Positions 1 through 8,611 of a stretch of 64,000 bases of DNA are shown piece after piece (positions within the stretch are counted from its first letter, which is position 1; each line of letters starts with the position of its first letter). The translations under genes were made by a program, and so were the position numbers. Below the pieces are notes generated by a model. That model made no database searches and had not been told where the DNA came from. It saw only the letters and a list, made by a program, of their open reading frames with translations. Source of the DNA: Patescibacteria group bacterium (GTDB taxonomy: Bacteria; Patescibacteriota; JAQUNI01); contig JAQUNI010000002.1 of the NCBI GenBank assembly GCA_028717685.1, forward strand, positions 7,903 through 71,902. Reading direction: 5' to 3'.

Positions 1-1
1 C

Positions 2-3000
2 GATACTTCGGGCAATGGTAATGACGGGGCGATTAGTGGCGCAGCTTGGAAATCCGCTGCCTCGTGCCACAGCGGAGCGTGTTTGCAGTTTGACGGCACG
101 GATGATTATGTGAGTGTGAATGATTCGCCTGCCTTAAGCTCTACAAACGCCATGACAATATCCGGATGGATTAAAACAAGCTCCAATCAATTATACAAGC
201 ATGTACTTGTGAAAGGTGCTACCCTTATCAATAATGATTACGATTTTAGTTTGTATTTTTCAGGTACTTATTCAGTTAATGTTTATATGAAAGACAGCGT
301 GGGAACACTTGATACCGTTGGTTACAGTTTTTCTTTTGGCGATAACAAATGGCACCATTATGTTGCTATGTTTGATGGCGATTGGTTATATTTATATCTT
401 GACGGAACGTTGGTTGCGTCAAAAGATACGGCATTGACTAACATAAGAGATTCAGCTAATCCGTTTCAGATCGGGGTGGGGGGCAACGGGTATTATTTCA
501 ACGGCTCCATTGATGACGTGCGCATCTACAACTACGCGCGCACTCAAAAGCAAATTATAGAAGATATGAATGCCGACCACCCTGCGGTTGGTTCGCCCGT
601 GGGCAGTTATGCTGGGTATTGGAATTTTGACGAGGGGCAAGGCGATACTGCTTATGACAAATCAATAAATAAAAACAATGGGGACTTGGCTGGCGCTTGC
701 CCAGGGGCTGCTACTTGCCCCACATGGACCACTGCTGGCAAATTCGGCAAAGCATTGTCTTTTGACGGAGGCGATTATTTAACTGTAGCTGATAGTGCAA
801 TATTTAACACAGAATCCTTTGCGGTGTGTGCTTGGGTACGGCCAGCATCTTTTTCTAATTATCAGAGCATACTTGCGAAACAAAGGGCAGGGGATACTTT
901 TGAGCAGTTCGGATTATTAGTGTATAGTTCTGGAGCTGTAGCGCTCCAATTAGGAAATGGCGGAACGGGTGCTTTGGGATCTTTAACTCTTAATACGTGG
1001 GCGCATATATGCGGTTCCACAGACGGGACAACAGGAACGTTGTATATTAATGGTCGAGCTTTGGGTACTGGCACTGATAATGCAACTTATGGCGCAGGTA
1101 AGTCGTTTTATATTGGCTATACTCAATATGGAAGTGGGCGTTATTTTAATGGGCTTATAGATGAAGTTAAATTTTATCCATTTGATTTAAGCCCTGCGGA
1201 AATTAAGGAAGAATTTAACCGTGGCTCTTCGTTAAAATTGGGCGCTTCGGGAACCGAGGCAGATGGCATAACTCCAAGCAACTCGGCTTTGTCAGCTTAC
1301 TGCGTGCCGGGCGATGCTACTTCTTGCGCTGCGCCCATTGCCCATTGGAAAATGGACGAGAAAAAAGATAATACTTGTTCTGGGGGCGTAAATGATGTAT
1401 GTAATACTTCTGGCAATGGTAATGACGGGGCAAATACTGGCGGTCCAGTGTGGAAATCCGCTGCCTCGTGCCATTCTGGCTCCTGCCTGTCCTTTGACGG
1501 GACGGATGATTATGTGAATGTGGCGGATAGTGATAATTTAAGTTTTACGACTGGTTATCCGACCGATACTTCTGCAACTGTCTGCGCTTGGATAAAAGCT
1601 AATTCTTTTTCAGCAAATTCAACTATTGTTAGCAAAGTAGGAAGTTCATACGAATGGGAATTATACAATGTTGCTGGAAGCGGAGTAGGTTTTTGGATGT
1701 TGAGTTCGGGTGGCGCTCCTTATATAGGGAGATATGCTCCATTTCCTTCAACTAATGTTTGGCATTATATCTGTGGAGTATATGATGGGAGTAAAGTGGT
1801 AAGCGGTATTAAAGTTTATATTGATGGAATAAGAAGTGATACAAGTAATGACACATCGGGAACTTATGCGGGTTGCAGTAATACAAATGTGCCAGTTAAT
1901 ATAGGAAGAAGGAATGTGCCGGATTCTTATTTCAATGGCCTCATTGACGATGTCCGCATATACAACTACGTCCGCACTCCAGCGCAAATCGCCTGGGATT
2001 ACAATCGCGGAGCGCCAGTTGGGAGCTGGTCAATGGATTCTGTTGGGGTTTCTGCTTCGCCCGGCACGGCTTTGAATGTTTATGACAGCTCGGGAAAAGC
2101 CAACACGGGCGTAAGCTCGGGCGAAACAATGAATAATGGCACTATTACTGGCGCCACGTGGAAAGACGGCTCTAATTGCAAATACGGCTCTTGCCTGTCT
2201 TTTGACGGGAATGACTATGTAAACGTTGGAAGTGGAGCGAGTTTGCATTTTGCAGGAAGTTTTACGGTTGAAGCGTGGGTTAATATTCCAGTTGCACAAA
2301 CGCACGCTGCAGATAATATGATTGTGGGAGATTATAATGGGCTATGGAAAGGATATAAATTTTCAATTGCTTCTGACTCTAAGGTATTTTTTCAAGTCGG
2401 AAGGCAAAGTGACACTACTATGTGTGGCATGTATTCATCACAAACATTGTCACTTAATACTTGGTATCATGTTGTCGGAGTTTATGATGGAGTTAGGCCA
2501 AATATATACGTTAATGGGGTCAAAACGGAAGGCAATGCTTGTTCTCCAATAGAGGCAGAAGTCTCAAGTACGATTATCGGAAAAGCGCAATGGTACAGTC
2601 AATATTTCAACGGCTCCATTGACAATGTCCGCATCTACAATACCGCCTTAACAGCCACGCAAGTTGCCGCTTTGTATAATAACAACGACCGCTCGGCGGG
2701 CGCGAGCTTGGAAGCTAACTTGGTGGGCGAGTGGCGGCTTGACGAAAACGCAAGTTTGTATGCTGCGGACACCCACTACCAGCGCGTTGGCAAATACGGC
2801 TATGCTATGAACTTTGACGGGAGTAATGATTATGTGGCTATTCCATCTTATACGGTTGATGCAGATACTGGAACAATCGCAGCATGGTTTAAAACATCTG
2901 CAGATTTTTCATCAAATTATAATCAGCTTGGATTTTTATTAGGCAATACTGCTGTAAATTACAGTTATTTAGCTTTACAAGGCAATGGAAGCACAGCATA

Positions 3001-3334
3001 TAGCATAAGAGGTGAAACAAATACAAACGGAGAATTTTTTGCCGCTACTTCAGATATAGTGCCTGTAGGGGCATGGAATCAGATTATTACAACCTTCAAT
3101 AATAAAACAGCAAAAACATACTTAAATGGTATTCTCGTAGATACAGAGACTATCACAAATAGCTTAACTCTCTCTCGTATTAGTGGTCTTACATATCTAA
3201 CAAATGTAACATACTTCAACGGCCTCATCGACGATGTCCGCGTATATAACTACGCTCTAACTCCGTTACAAGTTAAGACGCTATATAACGAGAACTCAGC
3301 TGTTCGGTTGGGACCAACAGAGGGATTACCTTAG
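2..3334 (+). CDS. LamG (concanavalin A-like lectin/glucanase, Laminin_G_3-type) repeat protein; 5' partial, continues upstream of the window
   Basis: The frame is open from the window edge (no stop in 2-82). The first 80 nt repeat the module seen again at 1415-1510. Recurring motifs about every 200-250 aa: W-x-(F/M)DEG, SGNGN-G, CLSFDGTDDYV, YFNG(L/S)IDDVRIYN(Y/T)A. Ends ...VRLGPTEGLP*. Confidence 0.85.
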   Translation, partial: DTSGNGNDGAISGAAWKSAASCHSGACLQFDGTDDYVSVNDSPALSSTNAMTISGWIKTSSNQLYKHVLVKGATLINNDYDFSLYFSGTYSVNVYMKDSVGTLDTVGYSFSFGDNKWHHYVAMFDGDWLYLYLDGTLVASKDTALTNIRDSANPFQIGVGGNGYYFNGSIDDVRIYNYARTQKQIIEDMNADHPAVGSPVGSYAGYWNFDEGQGDTAYDKSINKNNGDLAGACPGAATCPTWTTAGKFGKALSFDGGDYLTVADSAIFNTESFAVCAWVRPASFSNYQSILAKQRAGDTFEQFGLLVYSSGAVALQLGNGGTGALGSLTLNTWAHICGSTDGTTGTLYINGRALGTGTDNATYGAGKSFYIGYTQYGSGRYFNGLIDEVKFYPFDLSPAEIKEEFNRGSSLKLGASGTEADGITPSNSALSAYCVPGDATSCAAPIAHWKMDEKKDNTCSGGVNDVCNTSGNGNDGANTGGPVWKSAASCHSGSCLSFDGTDDYVNVADSDNLSFTTGYPTDTSATVCAWIKANSFSANSTIVSKVGSSYEWELYNVAGSGVGFWMLSSGGAPYIGRYAPFPSTNVWHYICGVYDGSKVVSGIKVYIDGIRSDTSNDTSGTYAGCSNTNVPVNIGRRNVPDSYFNGLIDDVRIYNYVRTPAQIAWDYNRGAPVGSWSMDSVGVSASPGTALNVYDSSGKANTGVSSGETMNNGTITGATWKDGSNCKYGSCLSFDGNDYVNVGSGASLHFAGSFTVEAWVNIPVAQTHAADNMIVGDYNGLWKGYKFSIASDSKVFFQVGRQSDTTMCGMYSSQTLSLNTWYHVVGVYDGVRPNIYVNGVKTEGNACSPIEAEVSSTIIGKAQWYSQYFNGSIDNVRIYNTALTATQVAALYNNNDRSAGASLEANLVGEWRLDENASLYAADTHYQRVGKYGYAMNFDGSNDYVAIPSYTVDADTGTIAAWFKTSADFSSNYNQLGFLLGNTAVNYSYLALQGNGSTAYSIRGETNTNGEFFAATSDIVPVGAWNQIITTFNNKTAKTYLNGILVDTETITNSLTLSRISGLTYLTNVTYFNGLIDDVRVYNYALTPLQVKTLYNENSAVRLGPTEGLP

Positions 3335-3336
3335 GA

Positions 3337-3781
3337 AATGAAAAATGAAAAACTAAAAATGAAAAACGACAAAGAAAAATTTAAAAAGGAATTTAAAGCC
3401 AGAATCTACCACTTTATTTTGCGTTTAGTAAAATTTGTAGATAGCTTGCAAAAAGATAGAAGCTCGCAGGTTTTTGCTAATCAAATGCTTCGAAGCGGCA
3501 CAAGTATTGGCGCTAACTATATTGAAGCCCAAGCTTCAAGCTCTAAAAAAGATTTTGCTAATTTTTTCCACCATTCTTTAAAATCAGCCAACGAAACGAA
3601 GTTTTGGTTAGCATTATGCCGTGATTTAAACAAAGGAGAAAAAAGCCAAGCCGAATCTTTACTGCAAGAGCTTACAGAAATTGCCAATATTTTAGGCTCA
3701 AGCCTGCTTACCTTAAAAGGTAAGAAATGATTTTTTAATTTTAGATTGTGGTTTTTCATTTTTCATTTTCAGTTTTTCATT
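3337..3781. mobile_element. IVS-like cassette: a ~30-bp inverted-repeat pair (aaatgaaaaatgaaaaactaaaaatgaaaaac / gtttttcatttttcattttcagtttttcatt) enclosing the four-helix-bundle gene
   Basis: The left and right arms are reverse complements of each other. The same arm family occurs without cargo at 16395-16559, as a solo arm at 14998-15030, and at the nrdD disruption point (62012-62030). Confidence 0.55.
3338..3730 (+). CDS. Four-helix bundle protein (TIGR02436 / 23S rRNA intervening-sequence protein family)
   Basis: 130-aa ORF with the hallmark motif RSGTSIGANYIEAQASSSKKDFANF...ETKFWL. It lies inside an inverted-repeat cassette (3337-3368 / 3751-3781). The true start may be the internal Met at 3359, because the first codons fall in the left repeat arm. 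Confidence 0.8.
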   Translation: MKNEKLKMKNDKEKFKKEFKARIYHFILRLVKFVDSLQKDRSSQVFANQMLRSGTSIGANYIEAQASSSKKDFANFFHHSLKSANETKFWLALCRDLNKGEKSQAESLLQELTEIANILGSSLLTLKGKK

Positions 3782-3878
3782 TGCAACAATTAAGAATTAA
3801 AAATTTTAGAGAGTGGGCTTCGGCGAGACAGAAGGATTGCCATAAGGAGGTCGTGCGAAAGCGCGACACAAAAAGTTA

Positions 3879-6800
3879 ATGAGAAAAACTTCCTTTTTTA
3901 AAAAAATCATTTTTATCGCAATTGCCATCGGGACCATTACCTCCGGCATTTTTATTATCCGCGCGGCGAGCAATAAAGGCGCAGCGCCTGTGGCGTGGTG
4001 GAAGTTTGACGAAGGGTCGGGGACGAGCGCCTACGACTCCTCGGGCAATGGCAATACCGGCACTCTGACTAATATGGACAATACCGACTGGGTCAACGGC
4101 GAGTTTGGCAGTGCTTTGGACTTTGACGGGAGCAATGATTATGTTAACACTAATACTGATTTCAGCTGGGCTATAGCAGATAGTTTTTCTATTGCTTTTT
4201 GGGTTAATCCTACTTCTGTAACAGGCGGTCAAGGCATAATGGGGAAGGGAGCGGCTGGAGGTTATGGAGATTATAATTGGGAGTGGTCTTTTAAACTTGA
4301 TGGTACCAGCTTAAGTTTTGTTTATTGGAATACTGGCGGCGGCGGTGAAATAGTCCTTGGGTCAACAGTTACTCAAGGCACTTGGGATTATTTTGTTGTT
4401 ACTTACGACCCGACAAACAAAGCAAAACTTTACAAAAATGGTGTTGTTGTATCTACGGATACTAGTATTGCTAGCGCCTTGCAGAATAGAGCTACGCCTA
4501 TGTTAATAGGTCATGCGTATTACAATAGCGGTGTTAATTATTACTTCAATGGCCTTATTGATGATACTCGCGTATACAACCACACCCGCACCGCTGACCA
4601 AATCAAAAACGATTACAATGGAGGCAAGGCAATGTATGTTGGTGCGAAACAGCCTGTCTGCGACACTTCTCCGGCGGATTGCGTGAACAAAGGCTTGGTG
4701 GGTTATTGGGATATGGACCAGATGAACGGCACAACTGCCACGGATAAATCAGGGAATGGGAATACAGGCACATTTGCTAGCAGTCCTGTTTGGACGGGCG
4801 GCATAAAACCATTTAGTGGCGGCAGGGCTGGCGGGGGAGCGTTGCAGTTTGATGGGACGGATGATTATGTGAATGCAGGGCAGGGAAGCAGCTTAAATGG
4901 CCTTACTTCTGTGACATTATCGGCGTGGATTAAGCCTTATGGTTATTCGGCTTCTTATCGGAGCGGGATTATTTCTCGTAGAAGAAGCGGCGGGGCGGCG
5001 GAAGGATTGAACTTTACTATGGGTGGAGCGCTGGAAACGCCATATAAGCTGGCTATTTATGAGGCAGGTGGTGTCGCGTTGTATGCAAATACAGTAATTT
5101 CTCCAAATCAATGGTCTTTTGTTACCGCCACATTATCGGGAACTGACGCTAAAATTTATATTAATGGAGTTTTAGACGCAACTGGCACTGTTTCTTGGAA
5201 TTGGCCAAGCGATGTAAATGTATCAATTGGAGCGGTTTATTCTGGCGTTTATCATTTCAACGGACTTATTGACGATGTTCGCGTCTACAACCGAGCTCTG
5301 TCCGCCGCGGAAATACGGTATCAATACAATCAAGGCGACCCCGTTGCTTATTGGAAAATGGACGAAGGATCGGGGACGAGTGCTTACGACTCCTCGGGTA
5401 ATGGCAATACCGGCACTCTGACTAATATGGACAATACCGACTGGGTCAACGGCGAGTTTGGCACGGCTTTGGACTTTGACGGGAGCAATGATTATGTGGA
5501 AATAGTTGATAATGCATCCTTAGACCCTTCAAACGCAATCACGGTGTCTATGTGGTTTAGGCCAGACCAAACATTAGTAAATTACCAAGGAGTTTTAGGA
5601 AAAGGCGGAGGATCAAGTTTTGAAAAAGGATATGAATTCGCTACAAACAATGACGTGTTTGGATTTTGGATAAATGGAAGTACTAATATGGCTGTAACAA
5701 CTAAACCTGCAAGCGGAGAACTTGCTTTTTGGGTTGGAACATTTGATGGAACACAGATTAAATTATATAAAAATGGAAATTTAGTAAACACTGTAAATTA
5801 TATTGCTACGATTACAGATACTAATCTTCCTTTCCGTATTGGGAGGGTAAGTGAATATGGGGGAAATGATGAGTATACAAAAGGTATGTATGACGATGTC
5901 CGCATATATAACTATGCCCGCACCGCTGACCAAATCAAAAACGATTACAATGGAGGCAAGGCAATGTATGTTGGTGCGAAACAGCCTGTCTGCGACACTT
6001 CTCCGGCGGATTGCGTGAACAAAGGCTTGGTGGGTTATTGGGATATGGACCAGATGAACGGCACAACTGCCACGGATAAATCAGGGAATGGGAATACAGG
6101 CACATTTGCTAGCAGTCCTGTTTGGACGGGCGGCATAAAACCATTTAGTGGCGGCAGGGCTGGCGGGGGAGCGTTGCAGTTTGATGGGAGCGATGATTAT
6201 GTGAGCGGAAGCGGTGTTAATATTGCGAATTCTCCATTTACAATTTCAGCTTGGATTAAAGCAGATCAGTTTAATACGAGACAATTTTTTTCAATAGGGT
6301 CAGTGGGCAGCCTGCGCACGGCAATACATCTGCGTCTTCTATCATCCACTTCATTTTTATTCGGGCTGTATAGCGATGATTTGACTGTAACTATGGCGGA
6401 TATGTCTAACCGCTGGACGCATATTGTTGTAACTTTTGACAGTTCTTTTACGCAGAGTGTCTATCAGGATGGCGTGTTTGTTAACTCCAGAACTGCCGGG
6501 GGCTATTTTACCGGTAATACTAATTGGAATATTGGAAGATGGATGACTACTGAATATTTTGACGGCTTCATTGACGATGTCCGCGTCTACAACCGAGCGT
6601 TGTCCGCCGCGGAAATACGGTATCAATACAATCAGGGTGACCCGATTGCTCATTGGTCCTTTGATGAAGGCTCGGGATTATCAGCTTATGATAAAAGCGG
6701 CAATAGCAATACCGGCACTCTGACTAATATGGACGCCGCAACCGACTGGGTCAACGGCGAGTTTGGCAGTGCGTTGGATTTTGATGGGAGTAATGATTAC

Positions 6801-7982
6801 GTGAGCATAAACGGAAACCCAGACCTTTTCCGCGGTTCTAGAACATACGAACTATGGTTCTATCCCCATTTTAATTCTGATAGCGGGGTTAGTAATTTTA
6901 TGTTTTCAATATACCTCAATGATGGTAATGAAATGAGTCTTTATAATTATAGCAACGGCTTTTATGGATTCGCATATAAAGCTGGAGGAAGCGCTAATTA
7001 TATATCAGCAGGGAGTTTTACGGCTAATAATTGGTACCACATTGTTGCCACTTTTGACGACGACACCAATGAAATTAAAGTTTATCATAATGGAGTTTTA
7101 CAAAATCAAGGCACTGAAAGCAACGCAATTGTTGCTGGAACAACATACACTAAAATCGGTATGTATGTTTTGGACGGTTGGTTCAATGGTCTCATAGACG
7201 ATGTCCGCATATACAATTACGCTCGCACCGCTGACCAAATCAAAAACGACTATAATGCCGGTAAGGCGCTATATATTGGCGCGAAACAGCCGGACTGCGA
7301 CACTTCCCCGGGTGACTGCGTGAATAAAGGTCTTGTAGGGTATTGGGATATGGATCAGATGACTGGCACGACTGCGACTGATAAATCGGGCAATGGGAAC
7401 ACCGGCACTTTGACCAGTGGTCCCCTTTGGGCACAGGGCGTTCAGCCGTTTCAGGGTGGCAAAATTGGCGGGGGAGCTCTGCAGTTTGATGGCACGGATG
7501 ATTATGTGGGTGTGACACGAAACGCTAATTTAGAACCCGCAAGTGCTTTTTCCATAGAAACTTGGGTCAAAGTTAGCGCTTTTCAGGATTCAGAATGGAA
7601 TACAAGCCAAATAATATCAAAATATGGCGGAAATTATAAGGGGTATATTTTATCGTTGAATAAAGTTGGTTCAAGCTGGTATTTTTATTTTACCACATGT
7701 ACGCCCAGTACTTGTTACGGCACATCACAACCTACTCAAGCTGTGTCGCTGGGGCAATGGTATCATTTAGTAGCTGTCTTCCAAAATGGTTCTCCTAACT
7801 TAATGTATGTCAACGGGGTACTGGTTGGGCAAAGTGCTAATGCTGCCATTACTCACGATACTGCACAAAATCTATTTATCGGCAAGGCGGGATGGTATTC
7901 ATCTTTCTTCAACGGCACTATTGACGATGTCCGCGTCTACAACCGAGCTCTGTCTCCCGCTGAAATCCGCTATCACTATTAA
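3879..7982 (+). CDS. LamG repeat surface protein with an N-terminal signal anchor; its C-terminal 27 codons continue in the +1 frame (7981-8061)
   Basis: N-terminus MRKTSFFKKIIFIAIAIGTITSGIFII is a hydrophobic signal/TM. At least 5 LamG-like modules (WxFDEGSGTSAYDSSGNGNTGT...FDGSNDYV...FNGLIDDVRVYNRALS). Internal repeats identical at nucleotide level: 4585-4857 = 5917-6189. Strong RBS-like aaggagg at 3844-3850. Confidence 0.85.
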   Translation: MRKTSFFKKIIFIAIAIGTITSGIFIIRAASNKGAAPVAWWKFDEGSGTSAYDSSGNGNTGTLTNMDNTDWVNGEFGSALDFDGSNDYVNTNTDFSWAIADSFSIAFWVNPTSVTGGQGIMGKGAAGGYGDYNWEWSFKLDGTSLSFVYWNTGGGGEIVLGSTVTQGTWDYFVVTYDPTNKAKLYKNGVVVSTDTSIASALQNRATPMLIGHAYYNSGVNYYFNGLIDDTRVYNHTRTADQIKNDYNGGKAMYVGAKQPVCDTSPADCVNKGLVGYWDMDQMNGTTATDKSGNGNTGTFASSPVWTGGIKPFSGGRAGGGALQFDGTDDYVNAGQGSSLNGLTSVTLSAWIKPYGYSASYRSGIISRRRSGGAAEGLNFTMGGALETPYKLAIYEAGGVALYANTVISPNQWSFVTATLSGTDAKIYINGVLDATGTVSWNWPSDVNVSIGAVYSGVYHFNGLIDDVRVYNRALSAAEIRYQYNQGDPVAYWKMDEGSGTSAYDSSGNGNTGTLTNMDNTDWVNGEFGTALDFDGSNDYVEIVDNASLDPSNAITVSMWFRPDQTLVNYQGVLGKGGGSSFEKGYEFATNNDVFGFWINGSTNMAVTTKPASGELAFWVGTFDGTQIKLYKNGNLVNTVNYIATITDTNLPFRIGRVSEYGGNDEYTKGMYDDVRIYNYARTADQIKNDYNGGKAMYVGAKQPVCDTSPADCVNKGLVGYWDMDQMNGTTATDKSGNGNTGTFASSPVWTGGIKPFSGGRAGGGALQFDGSDDYVSGSGVNIANSPFTISAWIKADQFNTRQFFSIGSVGSLRTAIHLRLLSSTSFLFGLYSDDLTVTMADMSNRWTHIVVTFDSSFTQSVYQDGVFVNSRTAGGYFTGNTNWNIGRWMTTEYFDGFIDDVRVYNRALSAAEIRYQYNQGDPIAHWSFDEGSGLSAYDKSGNSNTGTLTNMDAATDWVNGEFGSALDFDGSNDYVSINGNPDLFRGSRTYELWFYPHFNSDSGVSNFMFSIYLNDGNEMSLYNYSNGFYGFAYKAGGSANYISAGSFTANNWYHIVATFDDDTNEIKVYHNGVLQNQGTESNAIVAGTTYTKIGMYVLDGWFNGLIDDVRIYNYARTADQIKNDYNAGKALYIGAKQPDCDTSPGDCVNKGLVGYWDMDQMTGTTATDKSGNGNTGTLTSGPLWAQGVQPFQGGKIGGGALQFDGTDDYVGVTRNANLEPASAFSIETWVKVSAFQDSEWNTSQIISKYGGNYKGYILSLNKVGSSWYFYFTTCTPSTCYGTSQPTQAVSLGQWYHLVAVFQNGSPNLMYVNGVLVGQSANAAITHDTAQNLFIGKAGWYSSFFNGTIDDVRVYNRALSPAEIRYHY

Positions 7983-8061
7983 TCAGGGCAGACCCATTGC
8001 TCATTGGTCTTTTGACGGAGGCGCTGCTTTCCGCCTCGGCTCGAACGAAGGATTACCTTAA
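7981..8061 (+). other. Frameshifted C-terminal tail of the second LamG gene (NQGRPIAHWSFDGGAAFRLGSNEGLP*), reachable only by a +1 shift at ~7980
   Basis: Removing one T in tatTaat at 7977-7983 restores ...IRYHYNQGRPIAHWSFDGG...NEGLP*. This matches both the repeat consensus (IRYQYNQGDPIAHWSFDEG) and the C-terminal ...RLG(P/S)(T/N)EGLP* of the first LamG gene. Confidence 0.6.
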
Positions 8062-8062
8062 A

Positions 8063-8550
8063 GTAATTTTTAATTTTTGATTTGTAATTTTTAACTAATT
8101 TTTATTGAGTTAACGAATTATTGATATGGAGCAAAAGCAGATTAATAATGTTAATTATGATTTGGAAGAAAAGTTTGAAAAATTGGGCGAAAAGATTATT
8201 ATTTTAGTAAAAAAAGCTTGTAAAAATCCTGTTGCATTTCCTTTAATTAATCAGCTAATTCGCTCTGGCACTTCAATAGGAGCCAACTATATGGAGGCAA
8301 ATGGAGCATCAAGTAAAAAGGATTTTAAGAACAAAATCCATATCTGCAAGAAAGAAGCCAAAGAAACAATGCACTGGCTTCGAATGTTGGCAATAGCTGA
8401 TGAAAATATAAAAGACGAATGCAGGATATTGTGGCAAGAAGTTCAGGGTTATGCCAAAATGTTTTCCAAAATTATTTCCACAATGCAAAACAATAAAAAT
8501 TAATACGTTAAGAATTAGTTAAAAATTAAAAATTAAGAATCAAAAATTTA
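8063..8550. mobile_element. Second IVS-like cassette: an inverted-repeat pair (agtaatttttaatttttgatttgtaatttttaac / gttaaaaattaaaaattaagaatcaaaaattta) enclosing the four-helix-bundle gene
   Basis: The arms are imperfect reverse complements. A related solo arm occurs at 63115-63160. Confidence 0.5.
8126..8503 (+). CDS. Four-helix bundle protein (TIGR02436 / 23S rRNA IVS protein family), paralog of 3338-3730
   Basis: Motif IRSGTSIGANYMEANGASSKKDFKNKIHICKKEAKETMHWL. Flanked by the inverted repeats 8063-8096 and 8518-8550. Confidence 0.8.
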   Translation: MEQKQINNVNYDLEEKFEKLGEKIIILVKKACKNPVAFPLINQLIRSGTSIGANYMEANGASSKKDFKNKIHICKKEAKETMHWLRMLAIADENIKDECRILWQEVQGYAKMFSKIISTMQNNKN

Positions 8551-8611
8551 GCCTTGTCTTGTGTAGGCTCTTTTTTTTTGTTAAACTAAAATAAACTAGG
8601 CTAAGAAAACA

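Noticed and set aside
3879-8061. Possibility that the LamG repeat variability is driven by a diversity-generating retroelement
   Set aside because: There is no reverse transcriptase gene or template-repeat/variable-repeat pair with adenine-specific differences in the window. The repeats are identical rather than A-mutagenised.
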